NCBI GenBank assembly: GCA_023920165.1
Contig: CP089278.1
Span: 868,001-932,000, forward strand
Reading direction: 5' to 3'
DNA from: Curvularia clavata
Taxonomy: Eukaryota
DNA: 64,000 bases
The position numbers and the translations under genes were made by a program. Positions 49,316 through 60,695 of the stretch are shown here, one piece after another (position 1 is the stretch's first letter; each line of letters opens with the position of its first letter). The notes beneath the pieces are model-generated. The model did not search any database. It was not told the origin of the DNA and worked only from the letters and a program-made list of their open reading frames with translations.

Positions 49316-52035
49316 GCTGAACTTATTTTGATGACGAATGAGGCTGTGATAGCGATTTGTGATCGTGATAGTCGTCTATAGAACCAAGGAAAATGAACAC
49401 TGAATTGCAACGATATATCGACTCGGGTTGAGCTCGTGGATGGAAGGACAGATGTCGCACGTTGGCAGGCAAGAGCCAGCAGTGGCGCCGCCGCCCAGGA
49501 GAAAGACGGTAAGTTGAGCTGGAAGGAACTGGCAGAGATCAGTTTGCGTGGCTCGATGAGCAAAATCGAACAAACGTCGGAGAAAAGTACAAATATCGTC
49601 TGTATATTTTCGTTTTTGGACATGTATCGGCCAAGCAAACGACTGCATTTCTGAATGTGAAATTGAAAGTGAGCATGAGTGTTGTATGCATGTGGGCATC
49701 CCCTAAGATGAGAGTGGCTCTCATTATGTTACATATTGAGATAGATGACTTACATGTGTGGGGTTTTAGAAGAGTGAAAGGGAACTTGGAGCAGCCGGTT
49801 GTGTACCGTATGTTGCTTCGAGAACGTGGCGGTCACTACGTGCACTTGGTGTATGCTTCTTGTCTTCGTCCATGACCAAGTCACTTGCTGGCTTTATAAG
49901 AGCCGGTGTAGACTAGGGTTTGCGCATTATATCAAGTGGGCAGAAATTGAAACCACGGTTGGAATGGTCACCTTTGACTGTGGTAGCATGACAATGAGTT
50001 AGCAATCGAAGAGGTCACGGTGGTTTCTCCTCCACCTTGACTCTGGGGCAGATGAATTGCGTTGTCGATCATGCCTCGAATTCAGGACGTTCTCATCGCA
50101 GAAATTTGGAGACGATACAGCTCACAAGTACATGCCACGGCTGTATCTCTGGTTAAGCACGTGCAGTCTCCACTGTTTGCCTGTCTTGGCCTACCTTCTG
50201 TCTTGTGGCAACGAATAACAGCCAAGCTCAATCTAATACCGTTGATAGCAAGGAACATAGCGGTGGGTCTCAGCACTAGGGCGATACAAAATATATCAAT
50301 ACACCCTTGCGGCCTGCCCATTTGCACTTGGTTAAAACAAAGACCTGTGCGCGTTTTGCATACTATTGGGCCCAACAGTGTACGGAGAGTTGTTCGCTGC
50401 ATTTAAAGGGAGAAATGAAAACAAAATATATAAGAGGCCAAAATGTGTGATGACATGAGGGTGATAAGCGATAGGTTGCGTGAGGTGACAAGAACGAAGT
50501 ATACCAAGGAACCAAAGGAACGTGCAAATTATAGTCATGTTCACTTGCAGTAAGAATGAGTTCAAAGCAAACGCGCATGGCCAAGTGATACTCATATCCC
50601 CGCGCACCAGATCCACTGTGTGTAAGGCAGCCATAAACCTTTCACTGCGCCAAGGTCTTTCCTGTGACTCCAAACTTTCACATGTCTTTCGCCGTCCACC
50701 ATCTACAGGCTATTTCTAAACGTTTTCAAAATTGGAATACGTCTTCAGGCAAATCCAGAAAAGTTAATCCGGATCTTGTGACGATTTTCGAGGCGACCGC
50801 TTTGCATGTGAGAGCCCAAAATGCACCATGAGCCAGTTCTACCCATCTAAATATTCTGTAAAGAGCTTGAAGTTAAATACGTCTGAAAGGACATTTGACA
50901 TTGACAGCGGCTATAATACAGGCTCCGACCACTCAACAAACCCATGGGCTCAGTGACAGTACGCCCCAACCTTTCTTGAATCCACACTCGTCAAATACAA
51001 ATTTAGCATTCACTCACCATGTCATGTTCTTCACGCGAGAGACTGGCAAACTGAATGAAGAGCCGTACGAACTGCTAGATTTTGGCGATGTACTATGTAA
51101 AAACGCGCAAGATTCATGTCTTTGTCATAGACCGGATAGCACAAAGACATTTTGCACCGCAGTACACCACCATATGTGTTTGCGGGAGGACATGAATCGC
51201 CTAGAGCCAGCTCCCGATTCCCTGAGAACTGGACACAGGCGTACGTATTTCCTGGTAAGAAAAGACGCCCAAGGTTTCTGGAAAAATATTTCACCCGCGT
51301 ATTAGCCGAACAGAACTCGAGTGATGCCCTGTTTCAAACGAGTATTTGGTTCTCAATGCCAGTGTCGGTACCGAGCACTCTTGTACATCCCGCGGTAGAT
51401 ACAACCACACTCGCAAAGGCTGCCGTACCATGCATGTCGTGGTAAGACGTTGGAAATACACCCAGACCGATAGGCACCCAGCTGCATGGTTTCATGTGCC
51501 GGCAATGCGACCCTAGTAAAACGGCTCGAAACCGGTCTGCTGGGAAGAAGCAATGTTCGTCATTCAGAAGCTGGCGATCCCGCCACTGGACAAATGAGAT
51601 TGGGCTGCATGATAAAAATCAAAATTCCCGCTGCATGTTGGGTGATGGCTGCATGTTTTTTGTGTCAATCATTGGTAGCGCGGGGCTGAGACGTTACGTT
51701 CGTTGGATGAGATCATTAGTACCGAGCCATGTGTGGCGGCGGTTGCAGCCGCGCACCCTTTTCCCACGCCTCCCAGGTCACACAGCCTGCCACTTATCCC
51801 CTGCAGCATTCCATCTACCACAGTACGTCTACCTGCCCCGTGGTATATCCATCGATATACGGCAACAGTACCATTTCCTTTGTATGTTTCTATCGCATCC
51901 GATCAAAGACTAGTGGCTCCACAGCTGCTCTTCCCCGCATTCCTCCTCAGGCCATCCCCACGTGTTCGCGACTCAAGTTCTCAAGTACCTCTCTGGACCA
52001 TACTTTCTTGACCAGAAAATACTGCTACCGCACCA

Positions 52036-53301
52036 ATGTCAAGTTCGTTAGCCAACGGGGACAGTGAAAGCGTCGAAAGCGCTAGCGCTCCTCGTGATTA
52101 TTTGAGCAACTTGCCCGAAGAACTTCTACTCCATATCTTCGAGGCCGTGGGTCGCAATGCGAGGCGCGACCTTTGCAACGTGTCGCGAGTTAACAAGAAG
52201 TGCCATCGTCTCAGTGATGCTGTCCTGTACAAAAGCATTCTTTTCGAGACACCGGAACTGCATCTTACTTTCAGCGAGTCATTGAGCCGCCGGCCTCGTC
52301 GTGGCTCCGCTATTCATGAAATAAAGCTGTCTTACCCTTCTTCGGAGCTGTCACAGTTGGCCCTCGATGCACCGGTACATGGCTCATATCTCGATCCTAA
52401 GCGCTCAGACAGCCTTTCGCGGACATTGTCTATCATGTCGAATCTGGAAAAGTTGGATATCGCCGTGCCAGACGTGCTGCTGCACGGCATTGGTAGCTTG
52501 TTCAACGGACCGTTCGACCTCGCCTGTTTGAAGGTGTGCTCGCTATTCTACCAATGCGCCAATGATGCATACTGGGACCTCCGCGAAAACATTCACATTT
52601 TTGCTCACCCCACACTCGAGACTTTGACTATCCGACGAGCCAAGCTAGACGAAAAGGGATTTGACCATATTGAGCGGCCCCACCAGACAGCTCTAAAACA
52701 GCTCCATTTGATCGAATGCGATATTAACGACGACTCGCTTGGTGATCTCCTTGAACTGCCGGAGGCGCTGGAAGAATTCGTCATGACGCAGACAGAAGAG
52801 CCAGAACCAGAGCTAGAGGAGAGCTCCGACAACGTTGGGGACTACATCTTGGCCGCACAGTCGCAAGCCGAGTTTCTGAAGAGCATCACAATCGACCATC
52901 CAACGCTCACTGGACGCAAGGTTCTGCGGATGAGAGAGTTTGGGGCTCTGGAGACATTGCGACTCAACTGGGACTATCAACTATTCGGGAAATCATCCAA
53001 GAAGCCACGCCTGCATTCAGTCGGTTTACCGCCGATGATGGAGACGCTAGAGTTTTTCAATGAGCTAGGGAGCGATGCGGAAGTGACAGACCTCTTACTG
53101 GCTACAATCGAGCAGAAAAACATTGTCGCAAAGAATTGGAAGAAATTGGTGGTAGTCGAGGGAGAAGACGGGGTCTCTCGCGAGATAAAGGATGCATGCA
53201 AGGAAGCTGGACTTCAATTAGACATTATTGGGGCTATGGACGACACAGATGAGGAAGAAGAAGAGGACACGGAAGAGGATACAGATGCAGACAGCGATTA
53301 G
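52036..53301 (+). CDS. F-box protein with LRR-like C-terminal region and acidic tail
   Basis: LSNLPEELLLHIF...DLCNVSRVNKKCHRLSDAVLY (F-box), followed by LxxLxL repeats (LEKLDI, LETLTI, LKQLHLIEC, LETLRL). Confidence 0.88.
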   Translation: MSSSLANGDSESVESASAPRDYLSNLPEELLLHIFEAVGRNARRDLCNVSRVNKKCHRLSDAVLYKSILFETPELHLTFSESLSRRPRRGSAIHEIKLSYPSSELSQLALDAPVHGSYLDPKRSDSLSRTLSIMSNLEKLDIAVPDVLLHGIGSLFNGPFDLACLKVCSLFYQCANDAYWDLRENIHIFAHPTLETLTIRRAKLDEKGFDHIERPHQTALKQLHLIECDINDDSLGDLLELPEALEEFVMTQTEEPEPELEESSDNVGDYILAAQSQAEFLKSITIDHPTLTGRKVLRMREFGALETLRLNWDYQLFGKSSKKPRLHSVGLPPMMETLEFFNELGSDAEVTDLLLATIEQKNIVAKNWKKLVVVEGEDGVSREIKDACKEAGLQLDIIGAMDDTDEEEEEDTEEDTDADSD

Positions 53302-53555
53302 CTTTGGGGTATCTCTATTCTTTTTTCCGATTCTCATTAAATCTCGTAGAACACATTCACATAACCGTTGATAGAATATGTCCTCGCATTGGCATTCCAA
53401 GCCCCCCTTAGTTGGGCTGCCTCCAGTAGAAATACCACAAATACTAAAAACAAATCAGGTAGCGCAATCTATACCACAAATTTCAACAGCCCAGCGCCTC
53501 CATCACCATCAGACTTCATACAAAACCAATACAAGCCTACGCTGCTCTTCTCCAC

Positions 53556-53897
53556 CTATCGCAAAACAAGCGTAAACCTGCCCCTCACTACCCCTATCTC
53601 TCTTCTCTTTCCTCCCCCTATCCTGCTCAATCTCACCCTTCTTTTTAATTCTCTTTTCCTCCTCTTCCCTTGTTCCTCAACTTCCTTCCTCCGCAATCTA
53701 CTATCCCTCCACCCCTGCACATACAGCCACACGTGGCGCACAAGACACAGCACCACTGTGGCGACACTTTCTGCCTTGAGCTTGATGTGTGTGGCGGTTA
53801 CATACGAGAAGTGCGGCCGTGGTAGGGCGGGGAGGAGGGAGACAGGAAGAGAGACTAGGCGTTTTAGCGCTGTGGTTGTTGTGGTTGTGGCATTCAT
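53556..53897 (-). CDS. Possible small basic hypothetical protein (113 aa)
   Basis: ATG in aaaATG context; a hydrophobic patch is followed by an R/K-rich helix. No family recognised. Confidence 0.35.
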   Translation of the reverse strand: MNATTTTTTALKRLVSLPVSLLPALPRPHFSYVTATHIKLKAESVATVVLCLVRHVWLYVQGWRDSRLRRKEVEEQGKRRKRELKRRVRLSRIGGGKRREIGVVRGRFTLVLR

Positions 53898-54192
53898 TTT
53901 CTTTTTTTATGTTGGTGGCCGTGTGGTACGAAGACTATGATTATGAGAAGTTGGCAGGAAGAGACTTTTCCTTGGTGTAGTGATAGCTGTGAGTGTGAAT
54001 GGGTTTGAGTGTTGTCGTGGTTATAACGTAGCATCGTTCTCCATGTCGATGGTCAAGTTTCTGGATTTTGCGACTAACTTGACAACGCATCCTTTTCGAG
54101 CTCGAAATAGCTCGTCGTTGATGTTACGGGTTATGTTTATTGGCTGGACGTTGGAGCACTGGTAGAACAGGCGTTTTCGGACCGTTCAGGTT

Positions 54193-54678
54193 TCATTTGT
54201 ATCTCCACGATTTGGTGTTCTTATCAGAATGCACAGCATTGGTAGGCAGTTCAAATGGCCTGGCATCGTCGAAAGTCGGCTGCGGTACGTCAGTTCCCCA
54301 AACCCTAGACTTCTGCTGGGCAAAACTGACCGCTGCAACGTATCCATCCAGCTGCTGCGGAGGCAGAGGCTCATGCCTCCCACTTCCCTGCAACTCCAAC
54401 GGACCATTGTATTGAGGTTGGCCAAAAGTTTCGTGTGAATATCGCAGCGTTTCCGCCGGGTCGATCTGTGCGCCAGCTGGCGCCACGTTCTGGTGGTCAA
54501 CAAAGGGCATCATCTGCTCCTCATGCATCTTTTTCATAGCTTTCTTGGTTTTCCGTTGTTTGCGGCACACAAGAAAGAAGATGACGGCGCTGAATGCTCC
54601 TATCAGTGCTGTGCCGCTGAGAACGACGATAATTGTGATATCCGTCACGGTAAGTTCGCCCTCACGAAGGAGCCCCAT
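54193..54678 (-). CDS. Small single-pass membrane protein (161 aa)
   Basis: TM segment IIVVLSGTALIGAFSAVIFFLVC is followed by a basic stop-transfer RKQRKTKK and a cytosolic tail with PLELQG/PFELP motifs typical of fungal single-pass proteins. Confidence 0.65.
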   Translation of the reverse strand: MGLLREGELTVTDITIIVVLSGTALIGAFSAVIFFLVCRKQRKTKKAMKKMHEEQMMPFVDHQNVAPAGAQIDPAETLRYSHETFGQPQYNGPLELQGSGRHEPLPPQQLDGYVAAVSFAQQKSRVWGTDVPQPTFDDARPFELPTNAVHSDKNTKSWRYK

Positions 54679-55708
54679 GCTGTGTGGTACGGCACGTCTT
54701 CAAGCTGGTGTGGGGATGCTAACCAAAGCAAATGTGTATGGACTCCGCACGACAAGAGCCTGGGAACTAGCTGTTTTTAAACTCGTCGTTCGGTTATGCT
54801 ATGGCCCTGAAACGTATGAAAGCCACAATACTGGCTTGCTGCAGCCTTGGGCATCTTGGAGCGGCTGGGCATGGGTGGGCGCCTAAATGTGTATCTGCCG
54901 ATCATGGCTGGAAAAAGTCACTGAACATGATATCGCGGCTTCAAGGTCTGACTGGAGCATGGAAAAGAAACAAGGATGGCATAAAAAAGAGAAACCACGG
55001 GTGCGCAACAAGGAAACACGGTTGAGAGAACTGACTTCGAGCATAACAAGAGGACTCAGATGTCAGCCGTGTTCAGTCAGAAGTGGCGAGGGTAGACAGT
55101 ATCGTGATCTGTTCATACGGAAGTTTGCTTGCAAGAAAACCACTTGGCGGAAACTCATGGCTGTGATAATAGCCCCCTGTGAAAGTCACCCTGCCTGAGA
55201 TTGTTGGTGGCGGATGGCTTCAAAGCCGCCTGCTTAGCGCCGATTAATGACGCGCGATTCGGCCAAATGCAGATGACGTGGGGTGTTTGGCTGGTCGCGT
55301 AGATCCAGGAGACGTTGCCAACTCCATATCTCAAGTCGAGCACCTCTTCTCCTCTTGCACACTGCGACTGGCGATGAATCAGCCGTGAGAGAGCCTCCTT
55401 GTGCGCGCTAAACTCGGCTGCAAGTCCCCAGACACAGCGCAACCACGATCACGCGCCCAAACCACCCCACTGTTCCGCATCACCACGTTTTGTGCCGCAC
55501 AGTCACATCAGGAATTATCCAGTCGTATCGAGCACAAGAAACTTACATACATATTGAAATATTTTTATAAATATTTATCGGCTTCGGTGAGAGATTACCG
55601 TGCAACGTTACACCAGTTGCGTCCCCACTCACCAGCCTCGTCACCCAGTCCAGAGTATGCGCTCGCCATATCTACACTACAGAAGACATCAGCACTGCGA
55701 GAAGCAAA

Positions 55709-57361
55709 ATGGATGAGGATTTGCGCATGCTCGAGGTACGTGGAACACATGTTCAACTGGATGCGCGCCTCTGCTAACGACGCATGCCTCAGGAGGAATA
55801 CTGCCCTCCAATAGACCCCACACTACTCTATACAATCTATTCCGATTATGCAGGGCAACCAGATGCTGTCGCTCGTACCAGAGAACTACTAGAGCCCCTC
55901 AAGGCGACAGCCGAAGTAGAGGCCCTTACCTTTGATCCCTCTGGTAGCAGCGGAGGCGCTGTGCAAGACAGTCCAGACAAGAACAGCACCGATGCCGATT
56001 CCTGGGGCACTCAGACGGTAACGACAGAGCAGTCGTCTCTTTCAAACGACTTTGCTTCGCTCAGCGTCGGTGGACGTTCAGAAAACTCTCCAGAATCCTT
56101 TGAGAGAGGCTATTACAAAGACACAGAACAGTTTGATGTACCCACCAAAGAATTGCTGCTCGCTGAAACATTCCCTGGCTTGCGTCTCGCCCAGGTCACG
56201 CACACTCTGAAAAAGTGCAATTATGATTACGACAAGGCGACCGATGAGCTCCTGAACCATGTCTTTTTTGATGATAGCAGGAAGAGTCCGACCGAGGATG
56301 GCCCTATCGCTAAGGGTATCGATGCCTTCGCTGAAGACCATCACATACCGCAGAAAGGGAAGAAGGGGAAGGCGAAGAAGAAGCAGAGGCTATCTTTGAA
56401 CAACGTAGGCACCGAATATTTTGTCGAATCAGATGCGCCGACAAATCGCTGGCAGAATACAAGCCGAGATGTAGAGTTTGTCACGTCGAGAACGGGTGTG
56501 TCTGCCAAGACTGTCTCTTCGCTTTATCATGCGAATGGAGCGTCTTTGTCGGCCACGGTGCTCGCCATTGTGCGAAGAGACATTGAAGCGCATAAGAAAG
56601 ACGGGGAACCAGATGCTGCACTGGTACAGGACGCAATCACTCTCAACGAAAGCTTTCCTTCCATGGACTTGGAGCATGCTCTTGCCGTCGTACGACTAAC
56701 TGCTCCATCGACGATCAAAGCCCAGGAACTCGCAAAGGCCCTCACTCAGCAACCGGCGAGTGAGACGGGAGGTAAAGGCGGTCTCAAACTTGATTTGCGA
56801 TATGCTCCGGTCGACCTGTCCGATCCTACAGAAGTAACCAAACTGCCTATCCTGTCCCCCTCTGCGAGACCGCGCGATGCCATTTCTACTGCAGCTGCTC
56901 GAAACGATGCGTTTGGAAAAGCAGCCAGTGCTTATCGCAAAGGAAAATCAACACCTCTCATGAGGCAAGCAGCAGCTTACTATGCGCAAGAGGGCCGCGA
57001 CCTCAACGCCAATTTGAAAGTCATGAATGCAGCAGAAGCTGATTCGTTGGTCTCATCACAGTCAGGATCCACATACCTTGATCTCCATGGTGTCACGGTC
57101 GCAGACGCAACTAGGATAGCTAAGCAACGCACTCAGGCTTGGTGGAATGGTCTTGGCGAGCGGAGGATTCCCGAGTGGAGCGGTCCTGGCCGGAGAGGCG
57201 GAGGCGATGTTTTTAGAATAATCACAGGCCTCGGGAGGCACAGCGAAGGGGGTAGAGGCAAGCTAGGTCCTGCAGTGCTGAAGGCGTTGGTGAACGAGGG
57301 CTGGAAGGTCGAGGCAGAGCCTGGTGAACTGTATGTCACAGGGCTCGCAAGAAGAAGATGA
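55709..57361 (+). CDS. CUE + Smr domain endonuclease (Cue2-like, no-go decay); intron 55736-55792
   Basis: MDEDLRMLE|EEYCPPID; CUE-like LAETFP...TLKKCNYDYDKATDELLN; AAAYYAQEGR; Smr motifs LDLHGVTV and IITGLGRHS..G. Confidence 0.88.
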
Positions 57362-58563
57362 AGTCAAGCTTGGTCTGAGATATACGCGCGGCACGCAACA
57401 GTCTTCTGTATCAATCTTGTTTCGATATACCCTTCTGCGTACCTAGTATATTGCAATTGCATAGCCATCTATAGTAGTCTCTGCGCAGGTCGAAAGACAC
57501 TTACCTTGACAGGCCCCTTTTCCTATTCCAGCCCTAGACTGGGGCACTAGCGCCACGCTAAGTCCACGGCGTCTTGCCTTTAGGACCCACTCGCCTTGTC
57601 TTCCCCATCTTTTCGTGGTCGTCCCACAGGCGAGAACAAATCTCGAAACAGTCGACAGTATGTCAAAAGACCTTTCCTACATGAACAGTCACAGCGGTAA
57701 GGCGGAATCGCTCTTATGCCTGAGTTTTAAAACCAAAACGCGCGTTTTTCCCCCGGACATGTGACGCGCCGCGCTGTCCGTTTCATGGAGCCTGCGACAG
57801 AAACAGCAACACCAGTCGCGCAGAAAAGTAACTTTTATGGTAACGATTAGCTGCCCCGCTGAAAAACGTCGTCTATACACGCACATTGCCTACGATGGCT
57901 ATGATGGTGCCTGCTTGTTCGAGGGAGATTGCACAATCGCTCTCATAGACTGCGAATATACGATTAAAGAAAATCGCCTGTCATGACATTACGGATTGAT
58001 TCATCCATCATGCAGACATTCATTGTCAGCAGAATACCGTAGTTATTTTTCTGTACGTGATGTGGGCCGGACCACATCACAAACGTTTCGCCATCCGTGC
58101 TCGCAGCCGCGGACCACCACTCACAGTAGATGCCATGCACGAATCGTACTCGCCTGAGGGTCTGTCCATTTTCGCACACGCATTGCTACAGGCTGGCAAT
58201 TGATGTCATCAGCATCTCCAGAATCAACGATCAACCTTCCGGAACGCGTCAACCTTTTGATACGGGACGTGCTCAGTCCGAACCAGCCCTGCAAAGAATG
58301 AATGATATATAGAAGGCTACTAGAAGTCAGCATTGTTTTTTACCATCAAGCTCCATACTCGAGACTTCTTGAGCAAATCCACTAGCAGTAGCATCTGCAT
58401 ATACCCATATATATATCTTCGCCCGTTTTTACACATCTTGCTGCCAGCCAGCTTGCCCCTCGCGGTTCATACACGCCTTACATTCTACACCACTGCCGGA
58501 CAGTCTTTTTTCTACAACTATCATTTTAAAGGTCATTATCACAATTTACAACTCAATATCAAC

Positions 58564-59968
58564 ATGAAGTTCAACACCAGCATCTTCGTTGCCTCTTTGG
58601 CTGCCTCCGCTGCCGCGGCTCCTCTCAAGTCCAACAATCACGCTGTTGACAGGCGTCATGTAAGTCCTTATGATTTGCTTCCTTACTATCCTTACATTTT
58701 GCGTTTGCTTCGACTCGGTGTTCAGTATGACTGACTATTTATAGGATGGCACTGGAGCTCAGATGCTCCCCGCACACTTCATCTCTACTGTCCGCAGGCT
58801 CACAGAGGAGAAGATCAAGAACAAGCGTCAGCTTGAGGGTCTTCTGGGTGAGCTCACGGGCGGCATTACTGGCGACGCGCAGACAGGTGCTGGTGGCGTT
58901 GGTAACCTTCTTGGAGGCCTCCTTGGTGGCGCCGGCGGCGGCAATCAGAACAATGCTCAAGCTGGTGCTGGTGCTGGTGCTGGCAACTCTGCAGCAGGTG
59001 GCAACGCTCAGACTGGTGCTGACGGTGCTACTGGCAATGGCGCTGGCAAGGGCAAGAAGGGTGGAGCGAACGCAGGCGGCGCCGGTGGCAAGAATGCCAC
59101 TCAGGCTGCTGGTGGTAATGCCGCCGCCAGTGGTCAGGCCCAGCTAGCTGGAACAGCTGGAGCAGCCGGTGGCAAGAAGGGCCAAGGTCAGGCTGGTAAT
59201 GCTGCCAATGCCGGAGCTGCTGGAACCGCTGGCACTGCTGGAACCGCTGGAACTGCTGGCACCGCCGGAGCTGCTGCCGGTAACACTGCCAACACTGGAG
59301 CTGCTACCGGCAACGCTGGCAAGGCCAACAAGGGTGGAAACGCAGGAAACGCAGGTGCCGCTGGAAACAATGCCGGTGCTGCTGGAAACGCAGCCACCGC
59401 TGGCAATACTGGCGCTGCCGGAACCGCAGGAAATGCTGCCGGTAACAATGCCAACACTGGAGCTGCCACTGGCAACACCGGTAAGGCTAACAAGGGTGGC
59501 AATGCTGGAACTGCTGGAACTGCTGGAACTGCTGGAACTGCTGGAACTGCTGGAACTGCTGGAACTGCTGGAACTGCTGGTAACACCGGTAACACTGGCA
59601 CTGCTACCGGCAACACTGGGGCTGCTGCTGGTAACGCTGCCAACACTGGAGCTGCCACTGGCAACACTGGAGCTGCTACTGGAAACGCCGGTAAGGCTAA
59701 CAAGGGTGGAAATGCTGGCAATGCCGGGGCCGCTGGAAACGCCGGTGCTGCTGGAAACGCAGGCACTGCTGGAGCCGCGGGCAACACTGGCGCCGCTGGC
59801 ACCGCTGGAACTGCTGGCACCGCCGGAGCTGCTACTGGCAACACTGGTAACACCGGCGCTGCTACTGGCAACACCGGCAAGGCTAACAAGGGTGGCAATG
59901 CTGGCAATGCTGGAGCTGCTGGCGCCGCTGATACCACAGGAAACGCTGGTACAGACGCTGCTCAGTAA
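58564..59968 (+). CDS. Secreted Gly/Ala/Asn/Thr-rich Gly-X-X repeat protein with pro-peptide; intron 58660-58744
   Basis: Signal peptide MKFNTSIFVASLAASAAAAP and dibasic Kex2-type sites (DRR, NKR|QL). The GTAAGT..CTGAC..TAG intron joins in frame to ORF 58763. About 300 aa of AGT/AGN/GAA repeats follow. Confidence 0.85.
59504..59580 (+). repeat. (GCTGGAACT)8.5 perfect 9-bp coding tandem repeat (AGT)n
   Basis: Directly visible. Confidence 0.95.
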
Positions 59969-60695
59969 AGTCAAAAACAGCCTGAAACCGTTGGCACTTC
60001 CAGCAACAACAACCCCGACTCTACGCCTGAAGACCATCAGAAGGAGAACTAGATACCTCACTGTCTTTTCGGTCGCCGGTCATTAAGTACGGGAAGCTGG
60101 AGACAAGGGCACCAAATACGAGGATAAAGGTGCGACGTTATTAGTGTATAAGTTGTATTGGTTTTTGGAGGTAGTAAATGAAGGTATACAATACATAGTA
60201 CTATGGAGCAAAAGACAATTAGAAAGTCGAGTGGTTTCAACACAATCTGGGCAATATAGACGGGTGATAATAAATACTGAATTCGACGATGAAAAGAATT
60301 TAAATTTTCTCTGAGCCGACTTCCACACTTTTATGTTATCTTTGTACTTGACAAACCAGTCATTGATATGTCTAGATGGATGTGATAGAATTTCCAACTC
60401 ATATAGTTACCTCAGAGCATGTTGCAGAATAGGTTGTGGTAGCGATTAACTACATGTCGAGGAAGGAAAACAACAACAAAAAAAGACAGGCAGCACATAC
60501 ACCGTTGAAACATCTTACAACAACATCAATAGAATGAATACCCGCAACGCCCACCACTAACCGCCTCTCTCATCGTAAAAAACGCATTCATATACATGTC
60601 ATTCGCATTACCTTCGTTTGGACAAGAAACCCTCAACTCCCCCAACTCCAAATCCCCCCTTCCCCAAGACTCCTCTTATTTTTTATATATATTCC

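Noticed and set aside
50895..51305. 136-aa Cys/His-containing ORF in the 49.4-52 kb spacer
   Set aside because: No recognisable domain or convincing gene structure; it could be a small gene or relic but is unsupported.
47849..57361. RNA-decay cluster (exonuclease plus Cue2-like Smr nuclease)
   Set aside because: The Cue2-like gene is an ordinary housekeeping gene separated by unrelated genes; proximity is probably chance.
59144..60086. Long alternative-frame ORFs (poly-S, LELLEL, PAVPAV)
   Set aside because: Frame shadows of the 9-bp repeats. Only the Gly-rich frame connects to a signal peptide through a canonical intron.
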